The notes: generated from the sequence alone by a model not told the origin. A stretch of DNA of 47,059 nucleotides from Rhodopirellula sp. (GCA_041688415.1 JBDNIG010000318.1:1-47059), one strand, 5' to 3'; shown: positions 18,532 to 28,637, counted from the first letter of the stretch. Made by a program: numbers and translations.

Positions 18532-19419
18532 CTATTTCTTTTGTCTTGCGGATAAAAATTTGGCGAGGACGGCGTCGAGGGGGTCCGACGTGCGGACTTG
18601 CATCGCATCGATCTTCAAGCGACCGCAGGTACGACGCACGTGCTCGAGGAATTGATCGAGAGCTTCCAGATAGCCGGTTCGCAAAGCCGCGGGATTGCAG
18701 TTCAAAAACGTGGGATCTTCCAGACCTTCAAAACGTGTCGCGCCGGTGAACTCAAAATCCACTTCGTCGTCATGCAAGACTTGAAACAACGCGACGTCGT
18801 GGCCTTGGGAGCGCAGCAAGCGCAGTCCCTCGATCAGCGACTCGACGCCGAGCAGGTCCGAGATCACGCAGACCAAGCCGCCCCGTGGGATTGCCGCGGC
18901 AACTTGCCGGGTGACTTTGGGCAGTTCGGTATCGCCGTCGGTGTTTGATGATGCGAGCGCTCGCAGCATGCGGTGCAGTTGATGTTGGTTGCTGCGCGCC
19001 GGGACGCTGTCGCGAATTTCGGTATCGAACGTGAATAGACCGGCGGCGTCCTTTTGACGCAGAGCGAGGTAGGCGAGCGACGCGGCGATCGAAGCGGCGT
19101 ACTCGAATTTGTTCCGTTCGCCTTCGCCGTATCCCATGCTGCCGCTGCAATCGACGAGCAGGTGCAAGCGGAGGTTCGTTTCCTCTTCGTACTGTTTGAT
19201 CGTCAAGCGATCCTGACGCGCGTACACTTTCCAATCGATGTGCCGCAACTCGTCACCGGCCACGTAAGGTCGGTGCTGCAGAAACTCAATCGACTGGCCA
19301 AAGTACGGACTGCGGTGCATCCCCGAGAGAAACCCTTCGACGACCCGGCGGGCCGTCAGTTCCAATCGTCGAACGCGAGCAGTGACCTCAGGTCGCAAAT
19401 ATTTTTTGGAATCGGGCAT
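18532..19419 (-). CDS. DUF58 domain protein
   Basis: [36 protein letters not shown]...YEEETN; VDCSGSM; VISD. ATG 19419 lies within the end of moxR. Confidence 0.92.
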   Translation of the reverse strand: MPDSKKYLRPEVTARVRRLELTARRVVEGFLSGMHRSPYFGQSIEFLQHRPYVAGDELRHIDWKVYARQDRLTIKQYEEETNLRLHLLVDCSGSMGYGEGERNKFEYAASIAASLAYLALRQKDAAGLFTFDTEIRDSVPARSNQHQLHRMLRALASSNTDGDTELPKVTRQVAAAIPRGGLVCVISDLLGVESLIEGLRLLRSQGHDVALFQVLHDDEVDFEFTGATRFEGLEDPTFLNCNPAALRTGYLEALDQFLEHVRRTCGRLKIDAMQVRTSDPLDAVLAKFLSARQKK

Positions 19420-20434
19420 CGCGTGACAACTCGTCTTCGGTCGTGGGGGTCGCTCCGATGATTCGCTCAATCACGTCATCGCTCGTGATGCCTTCGCTCT
19501 CGGCGGTGAAGTTCACCACCATGCGGTGCCGCAGGACGGGCCCCGCGAGCGCGGCGATGTCTTCGACCTGCACATGATGTCGTCCCTCCAGCAGCGATCG
19601 GGCTTTCCCGCCGAGAATCAAGAACTGGACCGCACGCGGGCCAGCGCCCCAACCAACAAGGTCGTCGACGAAATCAGGCACGCCCGCACCGCCGACACGC
19701 GTCTGACGCACGAGCGAAAGCGCGTAGCGAATCACATGATCGCTGACCGGGACCTGGCGAACGAGATGCTGCAGTCGCAGAATTTCCTCGGCCGTCAGGA
19801 CCGGTTCGGCAACCTCCGTTGCGGTGCCGGTGGTGCGCCGAGCAACTTCGAATTCCTCATCGAAACTCGGGTAGTCGACGAAAATTTTGAACATGAACCG
19901 GTCTTGCTGCGCCTCCGGAAGCGGATAGGTGCCTTCCTGCTCAATCGGGTTCTGGGTCGCGAGCACGAAGAACGGATCATCGAGCATGTGGCGTTCGCGT
20001 CCCGCCGTGACTTGGCGTTCCTGCATCGCTTCGAGCAGCGACGCCTGGGTCTTGGGCGGCGTCCGGTTGATCTCGTCGGCCAACACGATATTGGCGAACA
20101 GGGGGCCCGGCATGAAACGCAGTTCACGATGGCCCGATGCACGGTCTTCCTCGATGATTTCAGTACCGGTCACGTCGGCGGGCATCAGGTCGGGGGTGAA
20201 CTGAATCCGGCTGAACGTGAGATCGAGGGTTTTGGCCAGCGTGCTGATCATTAGCGTTTTCGCCAGTCCCGGGACGCCTTCGAGCAACACGTGTCCGCGG
20301 CTAAACAAACAGATCAAGACTTCGTCGATCACGTGTTCCTGGCCGACGATGATCTTGCCGAGTTGCGCCAATACCCGGTCGCGGGCGGCATGTAGCAAGC
20401 CCACGTCGGATTCGCTGACAGGGGGTTGGTTCAT
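19388..20434 (-). CDS. moxR: MoxR family AAA+ ATPase
   Basis: GVPGLAKT; [15 protein letters not shown]; [13 protein letters not shown]; [22 protein letters not shown]; VLRHR. Confidence 0.95.
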   Translation of the reverse strand: MNQPPVSESDVGLLHAARDRVLAQLGKIIVGQEHVIDEVLICLFSRGHVLLEGVPGLAKTLMISTLAKTLDLTFSRIQFTPDLMPADVTGTEIIEEDRASGHRELRFMPGPLFANIVLADEINRTPPKTQASLLEAMQERQVTAGRERHMLDDPFFVLATQNPIEQEGTYPLPEAQQDRFMFKIFVDYPSFDEEFEVARRTTGTATEVAEPVLTAEEILRLQHLVRQVPVSDHVIRYALSLVRQTRVGGAGVPDFVDDLVGWGAGPRAVQFLILGGKARSLLEGRHHVQVEDIAALAGPVLRHRMVVNFTAESEGITSDDVIERIIGATPTTEDELSRDARFQKIFAT

Positions 20435-20749
20435 TCAGACGGTCTCGAAGGGGACAATTTCAGGCAAAGAGTCAACGCAGTTTAACGCACTTGGCAAGTT
20501 TGTGATGCCGGGGGCGTGAATTTGTGATGCCAGGCAATCGATTTCCCAGCTTGATCTTGTGTCAGTGGACACAAATTCGCTAGCTCTGCGGTTGCAGACC
20601 CACCCGTCGGTTACACAATTCGTCGAAGACCGTGGCTAACGCCACAACGACTCGTTTTGTTGACAAACTTATCGGTGCGTGTTTATTCAAAGTTTTTGGT
20701 GCGTGCCTGTTTAACGACGTTCCGCTTTCCTCGCCACCACGATCCCGCC

Positions 20750-22420
20750 ATGTCACGTTCGCATTACCGCGTTTTCTGCACCGCCATTCTGGCGGCCTGG
20801 GTCATCGTGCCGGTGGGCTGCGCGAGCTGGATGGGACGAAATGAGAACGATGATGATACGGAACACCTGCAAAAATTACTCCGCGTCCCAACACTGCCGA
20901 ATCTGATTCGCGAAGCCGCCATTCCCAACGGCATGCAGGAAATTCGCGTCGATGGCGTGGCCGTGGTGAACCAATTGCCCGGCACGGGCGGCCCCGCAAT
21001 GCCGTCGAGTTTCCGCGATCGGTTGCTCGACGAGATGAAAATCAACGAAATCCCCGCGCCAAACGAGTTCCTCGAACGCGACAACAACGCGATCGTTCAA
21101 GTTCGTGGTTTGATTCGGCCCGGTGCGCGGCGTGGTGATGTGATTGATCTGCAAGTCTTAACGCCTCCCAAAACCGAAGCCACCGATCTTCACGGTGGGT
21201 GGTTGCTCGACACTCGTATGAAGCACCAGCAATTGCTACAAAATGCTCTGCGCAGCAGCGATGTCATGGCCGTTGCGACCGGGCCGGTGCTCACGCGCAG
21301 CGATTTCGACGGCACCGACGATAAGACATTGAGGGTTACCGGTCGGATCATTTCGGGTGGTGTCGTGCAAATCGATCGCAAACTCGGATTGGTCATACGC
21401 CCTCAGTACCAACATGTCGAGGTCTCCAAAACGCTTGCCGCAGCGATCAACGATCGCTTCTATTTCTTTGACGGATCGACCCGGCGCGGGATTGCCAAGC
21501 CGACCGAAGATGATTTCATCGCCCTGGACGTTCATCCCCGCTACCGCGACCATGAAGAACGCTTGATGGCGGTGGTCCGGGCGATCTCAGTCGCACGAGA
21601 ATCCAGCAGCAGGCAAGCTCGTTTGGTCGAGTTGGCCAGTGAGCTGCGCGTCCCAGCAACCGCAGCCAACGCCGCTCTGCAGCTCGAAGCGATTGGCGAG
21701 AGTGCCGTACCGACATTGATCGAGGCAACGACGCTCGAGAATCCCGAGCTACGCTTCTACGCCGCCGAAGCGCTCGCATACTTGGATCGGGTGGAAGCGA
21801 TCCAGCCATTGATCGACGGCATCCGCGCCGAACCAGCGTTTCGCGCCCCGGCCCTCAACGCCCTGCGGCGGATCGAGCAAACGTCGACGGTTGCAGCGTT
21901 GAAGACATTGCTCGACGAATCCAGCCTCGAGACTCGCTACGGAGCAATGACCGTGCTGCGTGATCGCAAGGACGGCCGCGCCATTCTGGATGCGGAGAAC
22001 CTCCGTGGGCAATTCCGCTTGTATCAGATCGAGTCCGCCGCGTCGCCCGCCATCATCGTTTCGCTCAACCAAAAATCCGAGATCGTTCTGATGGGTGACG
22101 TCTCACCGCTACCAAACTCAATCTCAATGGTCGGGCCCGGCGGGATTGTCATTCGACCCCTGGAGGCGGCCGGAAAGGCTTCCGACGCGGGGACCGCGCG
22201 GTTGAGGATCAGCCGCTTCCGCCCTGGCAAATCCGATGCGTTTGCCGAGGTCGATGCAACCGTGGCAGGCTTACTACATGGGATCACCGAGGTCGGTGGA
22301 GGGTACGGCGATGCCGTGGCGACCCTGCGAATGGCCAAAGAACAAGAGATCCTGGTCGATCAACTCGCCTTCGACCCCCTGCCCAAATCGAAACGGACCT
22401 ACTACCGCGACGACGAATAG
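20750..22420 (+). CDS. FlgI (P-ring)-like lipoprotein with HEAT-repeat region
   Basis: Lipobox VPVGC; FlgI-like VVNQLPGTGG, AIVQVRGLIRPGARRGDVIDLQV, DLHGGWLLDT; HEAT-like ELRFYAAEALAYL and ETRYGA. Confidence 0.75.
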   Translation: MSRSHYRVFCTAILAAWVIVPVGCASWMGRNENDDDTEHLQKLLRVPTLPNLIREAAIPNGMQEIRVDGVAVVNQLPGTGGPAMPSSFRDRLLDEMKINEIPAPNEFLERDNNAIVQVRGLIRPGARRGDVIDLQVLTPPKTEATDLHGGWLLDTRMKHQQLLQNALRSSDVMAVATGPVLTRSDFDGTDDKTLRVTGRIISGGVVQIDRKLGLVIRPQYQHVEVSKTLAAAINDRFYFFDGSTRRGIAKPTEDDFIALDVHPRYRDHEERLMAVVRAISVARESSSRQARLVELASELRVPATAANAALQLEAIGESAVPTLIEATTLENPELRFYAAEALAYLDRVEAIQPLIDGIRAEPAFRAPALNALRRIEQTSTVAALKTLLDESSLETRYGAMTVLRDRKDGRAILDAENLRGQFRLYQIESAASPAIIVSLNQKSEIVLMGDVSPLPNSISMVGPGGIVIRPLEAAGKASDAGTARLRISRFRPGKSDAFAEVDATVAGLLHGITEVGGGYGDAVATLRMAKEQEILVDQLAFDPLPKSKRTYYRDDE

Positions 22421-22485
22421 CCACGGAATTCGCGCGGTCGATATTGCCACGGTTTCTGTCCCGGTGAGATACCGATTGAACGACG

Positions 22486-22931
22486 ATGTTTGTTCGCTTG
22501 GTTACCAATCAGATTGACGAAGACTCGGGTACCATGCTGGACGTGTTCTTCGCCGCACACGCACTGTTGAACGATCCGGAAATCCCGGCTTACTCACGAG
22601 CTGAGATTCGAAAGACCCTGGATTGGTTCAAGATTAATCTGCCAATACCAGATCGATGTGTGCGATCACGAAGACCACATCGCGAAGGCCGCATCGCGAA
22701 AACAAGGGTACCTGCTGGTTCAAAGCGGACGCTTCCGTATGCATGCATCATATCCGCTACCTCGCGCAATTGGTCAGCGAACACGGGCACCTCAAGATCG
22801 GGCACCTCAAGATCGGGCACCTCAAGATCGGGCACCTCAAGATCAGCATACGGAGGCCGGAATTGAAAACGAGCGTCATGGAGAGCGTCGACCAAGATCG
22901 TCGATGCGATGAATCAGCTCTGTCATTGTGA
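22486..22931 (+). pseudogene. Frameshifted conserved hypothetical protein
   Basis: MFVRLVT...LDWFKINLPIPDR...RRPHRE continues in another frame as NKGTCWFK...LVSEHG. A 14-bp imperfect duplication (22669-22696) explains the shift. Confidence 0.65.
22785..22844. repeat. 15-bp perfect tandem repeat x4
   Basis: (gggcacctcaagatc)4. Confidence 0.95.
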
Positions 22932-23004
22932 GATTTTTGCACGTCGGTGTATACTCGTTGGTAGGTTTCGGAAGCCATTCGTGTTTCGAGGATTGGGGTT
23001 GTCA

Positions 23005-23646
23005 ATGTTGCCGAACGCAGCGGTCGCGCGCACCTTCGCGGACCATCTTGTTTTACTGGGCGGAATTCCCGCTGATCGCGTTCATGCCGATCCTCCTCCA
23101 GGCTCAGCATCCATCGATGATTGGATTACTGCGACCGATCGCGGTGACTCGTGTGAGTTGGTAGACGGAACCTTGGTGGATCGACCGATGGGCTTTTATG
23201 AATCATTGCTGGCGGTGTGCATTGCAAAATACATCAGCCTTGCGTCCGATAACGGGCGGCTGGGGGTGACCAGTGGGGAACAGGGCTTCATCCGGCTTGG
23301 AGAATCTCAGGTTCGTGCGCCCGACGTCGCATTCTTTCTGCGGTCGAATCTGCCCGAGGGCCGATTGCCATCCGAGCGAGTGCCTGCGATCTGTCCCGAG
23401 ATCGCGGTGGAAATTTTGAGTTCGTCAAACACGATGGCGGAAATGGCTCAAAAACGCAAAGAGTATTTCCAGGGCGGCTGCCGACTGGTGTGGATGGTCG
23501 ACCCGAACGCTCGTAGTGTCGCTGTCTATCGGTCACCGCTCCAAGTCGAAATCGTCGGCTCGGATTCTTATCTTGAGGGAGGCGACATTTTGCCAAAATT
23601 TCAAATGCTCGTATCGGACATGTTCGATGAAGTCGATGGGCAATAA
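23005..23646 (+). CDS. Uma2 (DUF820) family PD-(D/E)xK endonuclease-like protein
   Basis: CELVDGTLV; VRAPDVAF; PEIAVEILSSSNT; KRKEYF..G.RLVWMVDP; LEGGDILPKF. Confidence 0.9.
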   Translation: MLPNAAVARTFADHLVLLGGIPADRVHADPPPGSASIDDWITATDRGDSCELVDGTLVDRPMGFYESLLAVCIAKYISLASDNGRLGVTSGEQGFIRLGESQVRAPDVAFFLRSNLPEGRLPSERVPAICPEIAVEILSSSNTMAEMAQKRKEYFQGGCRLVWMVDPNARSVAVYRSPLQVEIVGSDSYLEGGDILPKFQMLVSDMFDEVDGQ

Positions 23647-23711
23647 GTGTTGCGAAACGGGAGCACTCAACGCACCGTGATTGCTTGAATTCATCCGCAG
23701 CACACCGACGT

Positions 23712-24284
23712 TCAGTGCTGATCGCGGTATCGCAACACGAGATCAGGAAAGTCAGTGAAAACGCCATCGACATCGGCTTGATCAAAAAAGATCTCGACGA
23801 GCTCCTCGAAATCACTCGCATAATTGGGAATCGCGCCTTCATCGGCGCGCAGCGTGTAAGGATGCACGACCAACCCCGCTTGATGTGCTTTTTCGACAAA
23901 ATCCGTGATCACGATTTCATCCGGCTTCGATTTGCTCGACACAATTTGATTCATGTTCGGGCCGAGCCCGTCGGCATACTTGGCAACCGTCTCCATTCCG
24001 CCGGGCTCGAGAATCCAGGCAAATCTTTTGGAACCACTGACCAAGAACACAATATTCAAATCCATCTTCGCAGCGGGCAAAAGTTCGTCGTGTAGTCGTT
24101 TGACTTCATCGAACTCGAAAACTTGCAGATAAACGTCATCACGGTCTTTTCCATAACCATATTTCTGCAGCACCGAAACGATGGCTTTCGTTAGATCCTT
24201 GCCCTCCTTGTGATGGAAACTCGGGCTCTTGATTTCTGGATACAGCCCAACGTTTTTTCCGGTCGATGCGTTGAGTGCCTCGAC
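23712..24284 (-). pseudogene. glpQ: 5'-truncated glycerophosphodiester phosphodiesterase
   Basis: LNASTGKNVGLYPEIKSP.FH..EGKD, YADGLGP, GLVVHPYTLRAD and VDGVFTDFPD match the GlpQ C-terminal half. The N-terminal HRG catalytic half is absent and the upstream frame is unrelated. Confidence 0.85.
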
Positions 24285-24858
24285 GCCGGTGCGTCGTGAT
24301 GTAGCGGCGGCGGGCAGCCCTCGCGGGTGGTGCGGGACTGTGAGAGCGGGCGGTTTGCGCCGCGAGGCGAAAACCATTACTCTCCTCGACGAGCAGTTCC
24401 AAGCGGCTGACTTCGCCATCGCACGATACTACTCACGCGAGCTAGTGTAGACGGCGGTTAGTAGCGGATCAAGTCAGTACATCTGGCGACCGGTAATTAT
24501 TTGAGAGGATCGCAGGCTGCCGAGTAGCGATACCCGGCAAACTGCCGGGGCAGCACATCGTGGCCGCGTGGTTGCTGCTGCCCGCCGGTTGTCGCGACTT
24601 GCAAGCGAACCCAGCTACAATAAAACCGATCTCGAAACGCACCACCGCGACGGCCAAACATGAAGGCGCACCGAACGAACACGTACACGTTAGGGTTTAA
24701 ATGATTGAAGATCGCGTCAATCAAGGCTCGCTGGGGCCTGCCTGCTTGTGACCGGAGTCTGGTCATCTTACATTTGTAACCATTCGCAGGCAACATGCGG
24801 CGGGACGGCATCAGCATGTGTTTTTGCACCACGGATATTCGCGAGAGGGATCGGTCGT

Positions 24859-27642
24859 TTGAACGCAGTTGAGATCGAAGAGGCCGTCAGCAAGCTGGTC
24901 GATGCGGCGTTTGATGCGGCGGAGTTTCCGTATGCGTTCTTGGAAGCGTTTGGGAATAAGCCAGCGACGATCATGCGGCTGCGCAGTGCTGGCAAGAACA
25001 CGACCAACAAATCCGATGTCGGTGGCGATGGCGTGGTTGCCGTGCTGCAACGCAATAACATTCACATCGCGACGTGTGATGGTGACGGTCCCGATGCGGT
25101 CGCGGATCTGCTGAGGATGCTCACCGAGAGCTCGGCGACGGCGAAGCACAAGGCGAAGTTTGCTCTGGCGACCGACGGCGACACGGTCCACGCGGCGAGC
25201 CTGAACACGGCTGAACCACCGCTGGTTTGCGAGTTTCGAGAGCTCGACGACCACTTCGGGTACTTTCTGGAACTGGCCGGCATTTCGACCGTTCGGCAGA
25301 TCCGCGAGAACGCGTTCGACATCAAGGCGACGGGGCGGCTGAACCGGTTGTATGTCGAACTGCTGCGGAACAATCCCGACTGGGATGGTGACCAGCGTCG
25401 CGAAGACCTGAACCACTTTTTCGCCCGGCTGATCTTTTGTTTTTTTGCGGAAGATACTGGCATCTTTCATGGCCGCGATCTGTTTACCGAAACCGTTCGT
25501 CAGATGAGCGAGACGAGCGGCGAAAACACGCACTGGGTTCTCGCCGAGCTATTTCGGGCGATGGACGTTCCTGTGAAGAAACGCGGCGACGCGGATCTGC
25601 GTCCGTTCGCCGGCCAGTTCCCCTACGTCAACGGTGGGTTGTTTGGCGGCGGCACCAGCGAAGACAACGTTCCCAAGTTCACGCAAATCGCTCGGTCCTA
25701 CTTGCTGCACATCGGCTCGCTCGATTGGACCAAAATCAACCCCGACATCTTCGGTTCGATGATCCAGGCGGTGGCCGATGATGAGGAACGTGGGGCACTC
25801 GGCATGCACTACACCAGCGTGCCAAACATCCTCAAAGTGCTCAATCCGCTGTTCCTGGACGATCTCAGCGAAAAGCTCGAAGAGGCTGGCGACAACGCTC
25901 GCAAGTTGTTGAACCTTCGCAAGCGGTTGGCTCGCATACGTGTGTTCGATCCGGCCTGCGGCAGCGGCAATTTTTTGGTCATCGCGTACAAACAGATGCG
26001 AGCCATCGAAGCGGAGATCAACGTTCGCCGCGGCGAACCCGATCGAGCGTCGGAGATTCCGCTGACGAACTTCCGCGGCATCGAGCTACGTCACTTCGCC
26101 GTGGAAGTCGCTCGGTTGGCGTTGATCATTGCCGAGTACCAATGCGACGAAATGTATCGTGGCGAGCGTTTGGCTCTCGCCGAGTTCCTGCCGCTCAACA
26201 AAGAGAACTGGATCACCCACGGCAACGCGTTGCGGCTGGATTGGTTGAAGGTGTGTCCGCCAACGGGCACCGGCGGGATCAAGTTGACCGAAGATGATTT
26301 ATTTCAGACACCGCTCGATCAACCAGAGATTGATTTCGAGAACGAAGGGGGGGAAACCTTCATATGCGGCAATCCTCCCTTTACCGGTACTAGAAAACAA
26401 ACGTTGGGCCAAAAAGAAGACCTGCAGCATGTTTTTAGCTCGGTAACGAAAAAGTGGAAGAATGTTGACTACGTCGGAGCTTGGTTACTAAAGGCCGCGA
26501 GATACAACAGTGCCTGCAACGTAGGGTTCGCGTTTGTCGCCACCAACAGCTTGTGCCAGGGGCAACAGGTTCCAATTACGTGGGATCTTGTACGAAAACT
26601 CGGTTGCCAGATTAGATTCGCGTACACGTCATTTGTATGGTCGAATCTTGCAAAAAACAAGGCAGGCGTGACCGTAGTTGTGGTCGGCCTCGACAGCAGT
26701 ACCGATGGCGCACGGAGAATCTTCCGCGACGAAAGTTCCCATGCCGTTCCCAGGATAAATCCATATTTGACTGAACACGACATTGACGCGGTCAGAGCGT
26801 CACGTGCGCCAATTTTCCTTTCTGTCGTGATGGACTACGGCGTTTACTACTCCAAGTCCGCCGGCTTAATGCTTTCTAGTGATGAATCGCGGAAGTTATC
26901 TGCGCAGGGCTTTCCGGCGAAATATCAGAAGCGATTTCTTGGTTCATCCGAGTACATCAACGGAAAGCAGAGATATTGCATCTGGCTTGAAGATAGTGAC
27001 TTGCCGAAGGTGTCAGTCTTTCCAGAAGTGGAGAAACGTCTTGAGTCAGTTCGTAGAGATCGGCTTGCGACTGAAGACAAGTCCGTAAACAAGCTTGCCA
27101 CCAAGCCCCACCAGTTTCGCGAAAGAAAGGGCGACGGACGCCGTAAGATATTCGTTCCAATTGTGTCCTCCGTGAATCGAGAGTTTTTTCCGGTTGGCTT
27201 GGCAGACAGTTCAATCGTCCCTACGAACAAGGCATGCTACATCGACAACGGTCCAGTATGGACCATCTCGATTATTTCGTCCCGCATGCATCTTGCGTGG
27301 ATTGCGACGGTATGCGGTCGACTCAGGAACGATTATTCCTACTCGAACACTCTCGGCTGGAATACTTTCCCCGTTCCGCCCCTCTCCGACCAAAACAAGG
27401 CCGACTTGACTCGCTGTGCCGAAGATATCTTGCTCACCCGTGAGGCTCATTGGCCAGCGACGATTGCAGAGTTGTACGACCCGTCGAAGATGCCGGGCGA
27501 CTTGAAGGCTGCTCATGATCGAAACGACGAAATGCTCGAACGCATCTACATCGGCCGCCGCTTCAAAAACGACACCGAACGGCTCGAAACGCTGTTCTCG
27601 ATGTATACCGAGATGACGGCCAAGGGAGCGGCCAACGCATGA
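24859..27642 (+). CDS. YeeA/DnmA-like (MmeI-related) N6-adenine DNA methyltransferase with C-terminal target recognition domain
   Basis: Start TTG-NAVEIEEAVS after GAGAGG; FPYVNGGLF; INPDIFGSMIQ; LGMHYTS; motif I FDPACGSGNFL; motif IV GNPPF; YSNTLGWNTFPVP. Confidence 0.9.
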   Translation: MNAVEIEEAVSKLVDAAFDAAEFPYAFLEAFGNKPATIMRLRSAGKNTTNKSDVGGDGVVAVLQRNNIHIATCDGDGPDAVADLLRMLTESSATAKHKAKFALATDGDTVHAASLNTAEPPLVCEFRELDDHFGYFLELAGISTVRQIRENAFDIKATGRLNRLYVELLRNNPDWDGDQRREDLNHFFARLIFCFFAEDTGIFHGRDLFTETVRQMSETSGENTHWVLAELFRAMDVPVKKRGDADLRPFAGQFPYVNGGLFGGGTSEDNVPKFTQIARSYLLHIGSLDWTKINPDIFGSMIQAVADDEERGALGMHYTSVPNILKVLNPLFLDDLSEKLEEAGDNARKLLNLRKRLARIRVFDPACGSGNFLVIAYKQMRAIEAEINVRRGEPDRASEIPLTNFRGIELRHFAVEVARLALIIAEYQCDEMYRGERLALAEFLPLNKENWITHGNALRLDWLKVCPPTGTGGIKLTEDDLFQTPLDQPEIDFENEGGETFICGNPPFTGTRKQTLGQKEDLQHVFSSVTKKWKNVDYVGAWLLKAARYNSACNVGFAFVATNSLCQGQQVPITWDLVRKLGCQIRFAYTSFVWSNLAKNKAGVTVVVVGLDSSTDGARRIFRDESSHAVPRINPYLTEHDIDAVRASRAPIFLSVVMDYGVYYSKSAGLMLSSDESRKLSAQGFPAKYQKRFLGSSEYINGKQRYCIWLEDSDLPKVSVFPEVEKRLESVRRDRLATEDKSVNKLATKPHQFRERKGDGRRKIFVPIVSSVNREFFPVGLADSSIVPTNKACYIDNGPVWTISIISSRMHLAWIATVCGRLRNDYSYSNTLGWNTFPVPPLSDQNKADLTRCAEDILLTREAHWPATIAELYDPSKMPGDLKAAHDRNDEMLERIYIGRRFKNDTERLETLFSMYTEMTAKGAANA

Positions 27643-27666
27643 GCGAGCTTGAAAAAAACACACTGA

Positions 27667-27785
27667 CTCCCCTCCCCCCGCTGCGGGGAGAGGGGCCGGG
27701 GGTGAGGGGCTTCGGCGCGCAACCCAGCGCACCAGCCCCCTCACCCCCAACCCCTCTCCCCCACGAAGCGTGTGGGAGAGGGGAG
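27667..27785. repeat. Empty (non-autonomous) copy of the DUF559-flanking inverted-repeat element
   Basis: Left arm 27667-27709 and right arm 27737-27785 resemble the arms at 28098 and 28556; only about 27 bp separate them. Confidence 0.8.
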
Positions 27786-27820
27786 CCTGGATCGAATCGG
27801 ATCGGGAGGGGAATTTCGGG

Positions 27821-28210
27821 ATGAGCGACCTGATTCTCTACACGTCCGAAGACGGCGAGAGTCGGCTGCAACTGCGGGTCGACGGGGCGACCATTTGGCT
27901 GAGCCAAGCCGAGATCGCCGAGTTGTTTCAGACGACGAAGCAAAATGTCTCGCTGCACGCCAAGAACATCCTGGAAGACGGCGAATTGCGGGCCGATTCA
28001 GTTGTCAAGGATTCCTTGACAACTGCCGCGAGTTGCATCGCAACTGTCAAGGAATCCTTGACAGTTCAATTCCGCATGAATTCCAAAACCACGCTGGCTC
28101 CCCTCGCCCCGCTTCGGGGAGAGGGGTTGGGGGTGAGGGGCCTACCACACTCAACCAATAACCGACAATCTATCCATGACAATCAATCACAAACCAGAAC
28201 GCGATCCTGA
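27821..28210 (+). pseudogene. Truncated RhuM (virulence RhuM) family protein, N-terminal HTH part only
   Basis: MSDLILYTSEDG...TIWLSQAEIAELFQTTKQNVSLHAKNILEDGEL..DSVVKDSLTTA is a typical RhuM N-terminus. The frame then runs into repeat-encoded residues. Confidence 0.8.
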
Positions 28211-28598
28211 ACGCATCGAGTTTGCTCGTGAACAACGCCAAACCGCCAACGAGTTCGCTCGAGATATGTGGCAGCTTGTGCGCGGACGTCGATTGCTGGG
28301 GGAAAAGTTCCGCCGTGAGCATCCGGTTGGGCCTTACACGTTGGATTTCGTTTGCTTGGATTTGATGCTGGATTTGGAGATCGATGGGAAGGATCACTTG
28401 ACGGAGGAAGGGCGGTCGCGGGATGCGAGACGGGACGCCTATTTGAAATCGCTTGAGTTTGAAGTATTGCGCATAGAAGGGTTTCGGTTGACGCAGCATT
28501 TGCACTCGGTGCGATGCGAGATTGAAGAGGTAGTGCGGAGGTTGCGCATGGAAAGCCCCTCACCCCCGACCCCTCTCCCCGAAGCGGGGAGAGGGGAG
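28098..28598. mobile_element. DUF559 nuclease cassette bounded by 43-bp hairpin-containing inverted repeats
   Basis: Arms 28098-28140 and 28556-28598 are reverse complements with 2 mismatches; each contains a GC-rich hairpin. Confidence 0.7.
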
Positions 28599-28637
28599 AC
28601 AGAATTATTAAGGAAAACCAATGAACCAAAAACCTAG
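28176..28637 (+). CDS. DUF559 / Vsr-like endonuclease domain protein
   Basis: FAREQRQT...MWQLVRGRRLLGEKFRREHPVGPYTLDFVC...LEIDGKDH...D..RDAYL...FEVLR. Confidence 0.88.
   Translation: MTINHKPERDPERIEFAREQRQTANEFARDMWQLVRGRRLLGEKFRREHPVGPYTLDFVCLDLMLDLEIDGKDHLTEEGRSRDARRDAYLKSLEFEVLRIEGFRLTQHLHSVRCEIEEVVRRLRMESPSPPTPLPEAGRGETELLRKTNEPKT

Noticed and set aside
20499-20531. Direct repeat tttgtgatgcc with 22-bp period in the moxR / flgI-like divergent region
   Set aside because: Only two copies and no matching regulator; it could be chance or a small duplication.
22785-22844. Regularly spaced repeats as a possible CRISPR array
   Set aside because: The 15-bp units are contiguous with no spacers, and no cas genes are present.
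24285-24858. Possible ncRNA or small genes between the glpQ break and the methyltransferase
   Set aside because: The short ORFs lack motifs and I could not support any conserved structure.
28016-28063. TTGACA hexamers in the RhuM palindromes as sigma70 -35 boxes
   Set aside because: No credible -10 element at about 17 bp spacing on the plus strand.
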